Made by a program: the position numbers and the translations under genes
DNA from: Amoebidium appalachense
Lineage: Eukaryota > Protista > Ichthyosporea
Assembly (NCBI GenBank): GCA_963693365.1
Contig: CAVNZM010000017.1
Location: forward strand, 3,453,375 to 3,517,374
Reading direction: 5' to 3'
DNA length: 64,000 bases
Notes under the pieces: model-generated
What the model saw: the letters and a program-made list of their open reading frames with translations, nothing else
Told to the model about the DNA's origin: nothing
The model's database searches: none
Shown here: piece after piece, positions 26,699 through 36,634 of the stretch
How the letters are laid out: each line of letters opens with the position of its first letter
Position numbering within the stretch: position 1 is the stretch's first letter

Positions 26699-29600
26699 AT
26701 GGCTCAACAATCTCAACCTCTTTCTTTTTTGTTTTGGAATGTTCATGGTTTACAATCCCCGCAATTGCAATACATTTTCGACTCTGTTCGTGCCTATTCT
26801 TTTGTTGTTCTTGCCGAGACATGGTTCTATAATCAACATCAGTTGGAGCAATCCGGATTTTTGATTGGGTCTTCGTCATCGACTGGTTTCTCCCGAGGCG
26901 GCATCGCGGTTTTAGCCAATCCTAGCATTCGTTCGGATTGCAGGGTCATTGCGGCGCATGAGTATTTCGTCACCATTCAGTTTCGTGCGTGGACTTTGTC
27001 TTTCGTGTACTTTCCTCCGTCGTTAGGTACTGTCGACACTTTGTCAGCCGTACGCGTGGTTAACCAAATTCCCGTTTCTCAAGTTTTTATTGGTGACTTC
27101 AATTGTCCAGTGGTTCCGTGTGATAGGGAACATACCCCGTCCCCAGCACAGTTTCGTCCTTTTTCTGACCGTGCTCGTGTCCTCGCCAACCTTCTTCGAA
27201 AGCACCTTGTTCGTCTTCCTCGCGTTTTCGCTAACCACGCGACTGACTGGGGTGCCTCGTTTTGGGACTCCACCCTTTGAGTAATTTCCCCACCCGATTC
27301 CTTACGGCGTAGTTCGGACCATTCCCCTGTAGAATTTTCGGTTTCCTTCCCTGTTCACTTCGGCGGGGCTACTCAGACTAACCGCCGCCTCTTATCTCGC
27401 GGTTTCAAGCACAAGTTAAACCAGTTACTCGCTGTCAAGGAGTATGAGTCGGTTCATGGCTTCTTTCTTGCCGCAGTGCGCGACGCCCGTGCGCAGCGGA
27501 ACCCGGCTATTTTGGAGGTTTGTTATAATGAGTTTGTTGAGTTCCTATTTGCCCTTGGCGAGCAGGTGGTGGGCACGGTTGAGTACCCTTCCGTTCGGCT
27601 GAGACAGTCTCACGTTTTGCAGTCCCTACGACAGTTGTTGCCTCTACAGGAAGCATTATCGGTCTGGAAATCCGCCGGTCGGTTTGGGCCTTCCGTGCAA
27701 GTCTATGCCCCGTCTCCTTCCATCTCCGTTGCTGAATCCGTCGATGACTATTATGCTTCCCTATTTTCGCTTCCTAACGTGTCCACGGTTCCATCACCGC
27801 CCGCTGGCCTCTCCCAGCCGCCAAGTTGGGAGCCGGCCTGATCGTTCCCGGGCACTTTTCATAGTTATTTCAACTCTTCGGCTGTTTTTGGTGCTATACG
27901 GGCGTTAAAACCCCGCAAGGCGTGCGGGCCGGATGCTCTTCCTCCCGTGCTTTTCAAGGTTCTTTCTCCCGTGCTTCCGCCCCGTAATCGTGCAGAGTCC
28001 CCCCCGCCCCCGCCTTTTGCTGTCCTTCTTAGTGAGTTTTTTTTCGGCTTTTTTCGAACTCGGGTTTATTCCAAATTCGTGGCTTGACACAATCGTTACG
28101 CCCGTTCGTAAGAAGGTATCGCAGGGGGTCATTAACGACTTTCGTCCCGTCACACTTACCAACGTTTTTCGTCGGCTCTTCGAGGGTTGCATGCTTCGCG
28201 CGTTTAACACCGACGATTCTTTAAACGTCGTGTTCCGTCTTTCTTCCCTTCAAGGGGGCTTTCGCCATGCCTATTCGTGTTATACTCACAGTCTGTTACT
28301 CCATGAATCCATTACTTCTGGCTCTCCACACGTTGTCTTCATCGACCTTAAGAACGCCTACGACACCGTACCCACTGGTTTAATATGGCATAAGCTGGCT
28401 ATGCGGGGCTTACCAGCCCCCTTTGGCCGTCTTCTGCAAGCGTTGTTCGATACCACTCGCGGACGAGCGGCGGTCAATGGAACATTCAATAAGTTAACAC
28501 CCGGTATTTCCCGTTCCCGGGGTCTTCTGCAGGGGTCCCTCCTGAGTCCGTTGTTGTTTGACGTTTTCATTGACGATTTAGCCTGCGCCCTCGAACCCTT
28601 TGGCCAACTGCATACCCGCCGTGTACCGGGTCTCCTTTTTGCGGACGATATTGTTCTTTGTTCCTTAACCGAAGATGTCATGCACCAGATGCTTCGTCAG
28701 GTGGATCAATGGTGCACCGAGAATCTCATGACAGTCGGAATTGCAAAGTGTGCTACTTTTTCGAAGAACACTTCCTTTCGATTGGCCGGCCTTCCTATTC
28801 CTGTTCAGAGCATCTATGACTATTTGGGTATTCCTTTTACTGCACGGCCGGGGTATTGATTTCCGCAAGCTCCTCACGGCACGGATCGCTCGTGCGAAGG
28901 GTAAGCTTCACATCGTGTCAAATATGTTTCAACAGGAGTCTGTGATCCATCCTGTGAACCTTCTTCTCTACTATAAAACTTTTTTACGGCCGACTTTCGA
29001 ATATGGACTTCCGCTATTGGCCTGCGCCCCACCTCGCGAGGCGGCAGTGGCGCTGAACGAGTTCGACGATTTTCAGGGTACTGCGCTACGCACTTTGTTT
29101 TGTACTCGGTTTGTGCCTCCCTTAATCAGTATGTTTGGATTGTCGTCTGCTGTTTGTCGTATGGAGGAATTGTCTGAAGACTTCGTTTTTGTTTTCATTT
29201 AGTTAGGCTACCTGATGGTCACCCTCTTTATGCTTTCTTTCCCCCCCTCCCTCCATCCCTCTTCCCCCCCGATTCACCAACGCTACTTCTGAATGTCCTC
29301 AGCCTACCTTCTTTCCACCTGATTCTTCCTCTCGCTATGATCTCACTCCCTCTTTCTTTTCTCTTCCTGTTTTTTCTGCCTTTTCGCGTTATTACCATAC
29401 GCAGTATAAGTTTCTTTCTCGTTCTGATAGAGAAATTAAAGGTAAAACTCAGTCGGCATGTGTTATGTTCCTTAGGCAACACCGTACTGATCATTATCGC
29501 TTTTTGGGAGCTTTGGCAGGATACATTTCTCCTGCTGTACGTATGGATACCACCCTAGTAGATAAGTCTGTATGGTGCTCTGATGTTGATATTGCCTGGG

Positions 29601-29866
29601 AAGTTGTGCAGTGGCGCTGTAATTCTTGTTTTCATCGCCGCTGGTGCCACTTTTGTGCTGACCTTTTTAATCGCAAGCATGTTGATAGGTGTGAATTTTT
29701 ATGTCGTGTTTTACCTCTTTCCCTACGGGTATCTGCTACACTAGCTGGCAATGTGAACACTTTAGACTTTTTGTTGAATTCTGTTGGTCGTCACATTGAG
29801 TATTTATATGATTTTCACACAGTGTTCCAGTATCTCAGTATGCACTTGTTACTGGATAACTCGTGA
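26699..29866 (+). pseudogene. LINE ORF2 (AP endonuclease + reverse transcriptase + C-terminal Cys/His knuckle), several frameshifts
   Basis: APE: WNVHG, LAET, GGIAVL, GDFN, SDH (~27313). RT: FRPVTL, QGGFR, FIDLKNAYD, GLLQGSLLSPLLF, LFADD, YLG. C-terminus CHFC..FNRKHVDRC. Confidence 0.92.
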
Positions 29867-30016
29867 AGTTTTTATTGTCTTCTCAGTATGCCGTGCATAC
29901 TTGCATATCTTTCCGTCGAATAAATCCAGTCAAAAGAAGAAAAAAAAAACTTTCTAAGTAAAATCGGGGCCTAACTGCTTTTGAGAGGCTGTCGGTCTGA
30001 GATTTTGGCCTGTCAC

Positions 30017-30272
30017 TGTGACGTAGATATACATCAAGTCACCCCAGACACGGAAGCCCCCCAGATCAATAAACATCACGATGTAAATGGGGCTTCCGGG
30101 ACCTGGCGTCCTCAGTCTTTTCCTTGTCCAAAACATATTTCTTGTCAACGAAAGCTGTGACCATCCGTCCCCCATCCGACTTTCATCCGTGTTCGAATTC
30201 ATATTCCCATCACATTTCGATCATCTGGGGGGCTTCCGTGTCTGGGGTGACTCGATGTATATCTACGTCACA
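30017..30272. mobile_element. 256-bp MITE with ~50-bp TIRs (TGT...ACA termini)
   Basis: tgtgacgtagatatacatc.agtcaccccagacacggaagccccccagat is inverted at 30223-30272; no clear TSD. Confidence 0.85.
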
Positions 30273-30465
30273 TGTTAAGCGCACAAGAGAAGGATAGTGT
30301 GTGTCCACACACATGGATAAGGCTAGTACGTGGGTGCAAATATATAAGCATGTGGATGCATACTACTAGGGGTAAGGGGGGGGCGTCACAGTGTATATGT
30401 CAGGGACAGGCAAATCTCCAAGCCATCCCCTAAACCCTCCCCCCCCCCCCCCCCCCCCCCCCCCC

Positions 30466-30940
30466 ACTACAATGAGGGGCGCGGCACATGGTTAATGTCG
30501 ACGTCATCAAAGATGACGTCACATTAACCATTATCCGCCCCCCTCAGGATATGGGATATGTGGATATGAGATATGTGATATCTGTGTACACATATCGCGA
30601 TATGGGATATGTGATATGGGTGGATATATGTACAGGAGCACGTGCACACACTGTGTGTGTGTGTGTGTAAAACACGTGCAGAGCACGTGGTTTTAATTAA
30701 ATAATTAAACAATTAAAGAGAGAGAGGGCGTGTCACGTGTACGCGTACGTGTACGCGTACATGTGGTGCGTACATGTACACAAGTGCGGATCAAAGGAAT
30801 GCGAAGGTTTGCGCAAGGCGTCCAATGGGAATTCGAATTCTGAATTCCATGTACAAGGCGTCCAATGGTATTACGGATGCGCAGGGCGGCCAATGATAAT
30901 TCGGCTCAAAAAAAGCCAATTGCCGCACAAGGCGTCCAAT
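30466..30940 (+). repeat. Left terminal inverted repeat of the virus
   Basis: ACTACAATGAGGGGCGCGGC... is the reverse complement of 59327-59791. Confidence 0.96.
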
Positions 30941-31158
30941 CGGAATCTAGACTGGCACATGTGGTTCTAGGTGTCCAATGAGGGCACAGGGAACAGGGAT
31001 TACGGTCCTCATTGGCCAGAAACGCACCCTGCATCCTACCACCGTGTACATAAACAGCCGCACACAGGCAACCTCTCACCAACCAAACATGAGTCAGACA
31101 GTCACAGTCGAGGTGCACACCACAGTAACGTTCACCACACCCCCCAAGCAACAGCAAA

Positions 31159-32082
31159 ATGGTCAAGCCAACCCTGCTGCGTCAAATGACTGGTCTGTCC
31201 ACCGTCAAAAGGACCAGCATCGCCGCGGCAAGCAGTGGCAAAGAAAACATCAACAACAGCGTTGAGGGGGCCAAGATGGTGCTGTACAAGGAGGTGTTCC
31301 TCAACGGTGTGGGCAAGGCCACCATGGGTGCACCCTGGGTCATGAACGACGTGCTGGTGGTGCAGCTGTACAACCTGCCCAACATCAACATCAACGGGCA
31401 GATGTTGATTGAACTGGGCACCCACCTGTCTGCCTACGACAAGACCACAATCAAGATCAAGTCCCAGCGCCGCCCCGAGCCCTTTGAGGTGGCCTACGCC
31501 GTTGGCCTGTGGCCCTACGTGTGCAGCATGGCCAAGGACGTGCTGTGGATGCACAAGGACCACGAGATGCTCAAGGATGTCGATCTGGACACCGTTGCCG
31601 TCAAGACCAGCAGCAGCCTGTGGTCCAGACACAACCCCAACCTGTACGAGGTGCTGGGTGCCAACCCCGTCAGCAAGGAGGACATGGAGGGGGCACTGGG
31701 CGACACCTACTTCAACGTGACGTTGGAATTGCCCAACCCCACTGGCCGCAACCCCTGCCCCTTCAAGCTGGGCAACAACGCGGCCTCTGTGGATGAGTTT
31801 GTGGAGTTTATGAACTCCCAGCGTGCCAAGTGCCGTGAGGTTACTGCATGGGTGTCTGCTGCCGCCACCAGTGTCATCTACAACAAGAAGAGCAACACTG
31901 TGCGCACCAAGCTCGTTGCCCGCAAGGTTCAGGTGTTTGATTTACTAGTAGATGGTCTGATGGAGTTGGTCAGTGATGGTGCGGGTAGTGAGGGGGAGGG
32001 GGGTGATGTAGACATGGGGCAGGCTAAGCGTGCTGGCACGCCCATGCCCGGTGATGACAAGGCCAAAATGGTCAGGATGTAA
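31159..32082 (+). CDS. Viral hypothetical protein, 307 aa (candidate ssDNA-binding protein)
   Basis: Long ORF with strong GC3 bias; beta-rich C-terminal half followed by an acidic/Gly tail. Function is inference only. Confidence 0.75.
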   Translation: MVKPTLLRQMTGLSTVKRTSIAAASSGKENINNSVEGAKMVLYKEVFLNGVGKATMGAPWVMNDVLVVQLYNLPNININGQMLIELGTHLSAYDKTTIKIKSQRRPEPFEVAYAVGLWPYVCSMAKDVLWMHKDHEMLKDVDLDTVAVKTSSSLWSRHNPNLYEVLGANPVSKEDMEGALGDTYFNVTLELPNPTGRNPCPFKLGNNAASVDEFVEFMNSQRAKCREVTAWVSAAATSVIYNKKSNTVRTKLVARKVQVFDLLVDGLMELVSDGAGSEGEGGDVDMGQAKRAGTPMPGDDKAKMVRM

Positions 32083-32099
32083 TAGGCACATGTCTGTTT

Positions 32100-33390
<1,291 letters not shown>

Positions 33391-33399
33391 TCCTGTGCA

Positions 33400-34515
33400 C
33401 TAGCCCATGTAGCCTCGGTTCACAGTCTTGAGGGGCGGTGCCGCTGAGGTACGGAGTAAGTTAGGCACCCGGGTCCTACCGTAGAAGTAGGGGGCACCGA
33501 CCGTCATGATGTTGTTGTTGTTGTTGTAAGGGGTGTTGCTGTTGGTGCTGCTGCTGCGGAGGGGGGCAAGGTTTTCCTTCTCCTTGGGGGCAATGTCGAT
33601 GAACGTGCCGGACTTGCGCCGTGATGGTGCCTCCTTGTGGATGTTTTTCTTGATCAGCCCTGCAAACACAATCTTCTCACCTGCACCATACATACGCTCA
33701 TTCGCAACCCCACGCAGCAATGCCTGCATGTCATGGAGGACATCCATGGCGACCCCTTTGAAGAGGGGCGTGGACTTCAACTTGGCTGCCTTTGCAGTGG
33801 CCACCATGGTCTGCAGGAAGCCAGCAACAACACGAGCCAGGTGGCGGGCCACCTCTCTCTCCCTGTGGGGAGTGAGTCCTGCCTTGCACATCCCGACGAT
33901 GGGCTCCCAGTTGGCCTCTATCTCCTCCAGGTACCTCTGCATGTAGTCGCCAACCAACTGAGGGTCTGTCTCTACCTTGTGCCTACTAGTAGTGGATCTC
34001 TCATGCTCTGTGAACTGCGGTAGGAGGGTGTCTACCACAGCAGCAGCCACCCCCTTGAGCATGAGGGCGTTGCGGCACGCGAGTGTTGCCAAAAGCGACT
34101 TGCCGTGCAGTTCAGCCAGTTCTGCAGGCTCAGAGATGGTACCACGCACCAGCATCTCAGGGAGCCATGCCCCATCAAAGTCATCTAGACCCGTGAAGCG
34201 TTTTTGGAAGTAGACTTCGCCCCCTGCATCATAGCCAGCGAAGAAGTCACCTTTCTTGGCGGAGAGGAGGAAGGACGCTGCGTTGGCGGAAACACTGGGC
34301 TGTGCTGCATACCCCTCAGCAAGCGTGCGGTAGGATGCGTAGAAGGGTTGAAGCAGAACAGTGTCAAGATCCAAAACTTTGAGATGCCAGGAGAAGGTGT
34401 GGCCAGGAGGAGGCCTGCGGGCTGGCACAGAAATGGCTGCTGCGGCGGCAGCAAGAACATCAGCATCGTCTAGATCTAGAGGGGGCAGGAAGGAGAGGTC
34501 TGCCATGGTTTCCAA
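33400..34515 (-). CDS. Viral hypothetical protein, 371 aa
   Basis: Long uninterrupted ORF with protein-like composition; upstream CCAAT cluster; no family recognised. Confidence 0.75.
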   Translation of the reverse strand: METMADLSFLPPLDLDDADVLAAAAAAISVPARRPPPGHTFSWHLKVLDLDTVLLQPFYASYRTLAEGYAAQPSVSANAASFLLSAKKGDFFAGYDAGGEVYFQKRFTGLDDFDGAWLPEMLVRGTISEPAELAELHGKSLLATLACRNALMLKGVAAAVVDTLLPQFTEHERSTTSRHKVETDPQLVGDYMQRYLEEIEANWEPIVGMCKAGLTPHREREVARHLARVVAGFLQTMVATAKAAKLKSTPLFKGVAMDVLHDMQALLRGVANERMYGAGEKIVFAGLIKKNIHKEAPSRRKSGTFIDIAPKEKENLAPLRSSSTNSNTPYNNNNNIMTVGAPYFYGRTRVPNLLRTSAAPPLKTVNRGYMG

Positions 34516-34654
34516 AGTTCGCTGCTTGCAAAAAGACCAGGCTAGAGTGGCTTAGAGTATAAGAAAAAGTGTTTGAAAAAGGAACGTTCGCAGGTGGCTT
34601 TTTGTGCCCTCCATTGCACACACGCTACCGTGCTCCAAAATTCGGTGACTCCTG

Positions 34655-34740
34655 TTGCCCTAGGCGTCCAATAGGAGCGCAGGGGAGTCGCCAATGGAAT
34701 GCAAGTCAACAAATTCTACAAAATTTGATTGGCCGCTCGC
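34655..34740. promoter_or_regulatory. CCAAT-box cluster sharing the TIR motif AGGCGTCCAAT
   Basis: taggcgtccaatagg (34661), gtcgccaatgg, gattggccg upstream of the 371-aa gene. Confidence 0.5.
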
Positions 34741-34792
34741 ACCGCCCGCCAACGGTTTTTCCCTGCACACTTACCATAAACGGAAGGTTCCA

Positions 34793-35374
34793 TTAGAGGA
34801 TGCCGCGTCCCGATACGTTTGGCGACCTGGCTGGCGGCCAGACGTAGGGATTACCGCCGACAAGCACCTGCGCACCGCCCCCTCCGCCCCCTCTCCACTC
34901 GTAGCTGTTTCCCGTGCGTGGGCCTGCAGCATTCAAGTTATAAGGACCATATCCCAACGCATCCTGGGTGTTGTGCAGCAGGTAGTTGCCCGCATCCCTC
35001 GTGCCATTCCTCAGGGTCTTCCACGCACTGAATGCACCATTCTGCGCGCCCTGCCCTGCACGCTGCGTGCCCTGCAGGGCTGCGTCACCTGTGGCACGCG
35101 CTACCCCCTTGAGGCCCTTGAACACCGTCCCCCCCGCCTCCCCCGCCTTCCCTGCAGTGTAGGTGGCAGCATCCGCAGCCTTGTTGTACATGTAGTTGCC
35201 CACCCCCCTCGCAATGTCCCCCTTGTGCTTCCATGCATAGTACCCCCCTGCCCCCAAGGCAGCACCGCCCGCCAGGGCCCCCACCCACTTGGCTACCTCT
35301 GACGCCTTGTTTGGCTGGTTCTGCACGTAGATGACACGCGTGTTGCCGCTCCTGCCTTGCGATGACACCCCCAT
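34793..35374 (-). CDS. Gly/Ala-rich basic protein, possible virion core or membrane-active protein
   Basis: accATGG start; hydrophobic WVGALAGGAALGAGGYYAW segment followed by amphipathic repeats. Confidence 0.7.
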   Translation of the reverse strand: MGVSSQGRSGNTRVIYVQNQPNKASEVAKWVGALAGGAALGAGGYYAWKHKGDIARGVGNYMYNKAADAATYTAGKAGEAGGTVFKGLKGVARATGDAALQGTQRAGQGAQNGAFSAWKTLRNGTRDAGNYLLHNTQDALGYGPYNLNAAGPRTGNSYEWRGGGGGGAQVLVGGNPYVWPPARSPNVSGRGIL

Positions 35375-35471
35375 GGTGATGTGACTTGCACGTTTACTTA
35401 TGCATGCACAATATTTTTATTTTTGGCTGCCAATTGCCCGCTTGGCCATGGCCTACTGCGTACACTAACGG

Positions 35472-35735
35472 TCAGTGCATGGGCCTGCCATGTGCACGCC
35501 TGAGTGCCGCAAAGGTGGGTCTGGGGCGAGCCAATCGGCCTGCTGCAGACCCTGCCATGGTGCTTGGTTTGAGGAAGAAGGGGTGGCGGGTACCGTGCGG
35601 GCATATCTTGTCCGCAACGGCCTGTGCCATCGCCTGCTGGCCATAGTAGCTAAAGTCTGTGTGCGTGGCGTTTGACGTACGCGCAGTGAGGGGCTGAAAC
35701 TGGTCGTTCAGCACGATTTGGTAGGTGTTGGCCAT
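35472..35735 (-). CDS. Small basic viral protein
   Basis: accATGG start with an upstream AAAAATGTG motif; Arg-rich C-terminus. Confidence 0.55.
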   Translation of the reverse strand: MANTYQIVLNDQFQPLTARTSNATHTDFSYYGQQAMAQAVADKICPHGTRHPFFLKPSTMAGSAAGRLARPRPTFAALRRAHGRPMH

Positions 35736-35810
35736 GGTGTGCACGCACTACATACACTCTAACACACATTTTTATGATCTAGACCCTACTAGTAGATCTT
35801 AGTAATTAAG

Positions 35811-36356
35811 CTAGAAATCCAGCCCCAACACGGCCCCTGCCTTTGAGCTGCGCGGGTATGCCTCAGGCATCCACGACACTACACGCGGGCCACCGACAGG
35901 CTGGGGCTCTGTGAACAAAAGCAGGCACACGCCCTCTGGCGATGGCCTCTTGAACCCCTCAAACTTGATCCTGCCCCTCAGGATGCGTATCTCTGCGGCG
36001 TACCTGAACGCCAGGTCATGGAACCAGCGTGCCTCCGTGCGTGCAGGCACGAGCAGCACGCTCTTTCTACCCTTGGATATGTACATCCGTATGGCCATGC
36101 GTAAAAATGGGGGAATCTCAGAGAAGGGAGGGTTGACATAGTTTATTTTCTCGGTGGACCACACGTCGTCGTCTGTGAGTGCGCAAGGGTCCTCCCCCTC
36201 CCGCCAGGTGATGGGGCAGGGGTCATTGAGTGCGCCAAACTCCTTTTCGAGTGCATCCAGCACCCATGCTGGTGTCTGCACCTTGTCAGTGTCCACTCCG
36301 GCCTTCCTCTTGTCCTGTGTGACCTTGTACACCCCGCAGCAGCTGCCCAGCCCCAT
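35811..36356 (-). CDS. Phage-type DNA N6-adenine methyltransferase (Dam, T1/HP1-like family)
   Basis: QTPAWVLDALEKEF..DPC, YVNPPF, LLVPARTEARWFH, LRGRIKF motifs. Confidence 0.9.
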   Translation of the reverse strand: MGLGSCCGVYKVTQDKRKAGVDTDKVQTPAWVLDALEKEFGALNDPCPITWREGEDPCALTDDDVWSTEKINYVNPPFSEIPPFLRMAIRMYISKGRKSVLLVPARTEARWFHDLAFRYAAEIRILRGRIKFEGFKRPSPEGVCLLLFTEPQPVGGPRVVSWMPEAYPRSSKAGAVLGLDF

Positions 36357-36634
36357 GATCACACAGTCCCGCACCCTGTGTGCTGTGAAAATTTCGCGGG
36401 CCACGGGCCGGTCCAGATTAGCCCGGGTCGGGTCGGGCCGGGTCGGATGGCATCAAGCCGGGTCGGGTCGCGGCAGGGTCGAATCGGGTCGGGGCGACCC
36501 GGAGAAGGCCGGTTCGGGTCAGGGCCAGCGGCCCGCACATGGGCGATTAGCCTGATATGGCAGCTACCCATTTGGGCTAGTTTTGAAGGCTGCCGGTTGG
36601 TGGGGCGTCTTTGTTTTTTTTTTTTTTTTTTTTT

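Larger units (their letters stand above)
25352..29949 (+). mobile_element. Full-length non-LTR retrotransposon (APE-RT LINE)
   Basis: 5' UTR, ORF1, ORF2 with APE and RT motifs, short 3' UTR and A-rich tail at 29932-29949. Confidence 0.93.

Noticed and set aside
30273-30465. End of the YR element's gag zinc finger on the left flank of the virus
   Set aside because: Only fragmentary resemblance; no intact Cys/His pattern in one frame.
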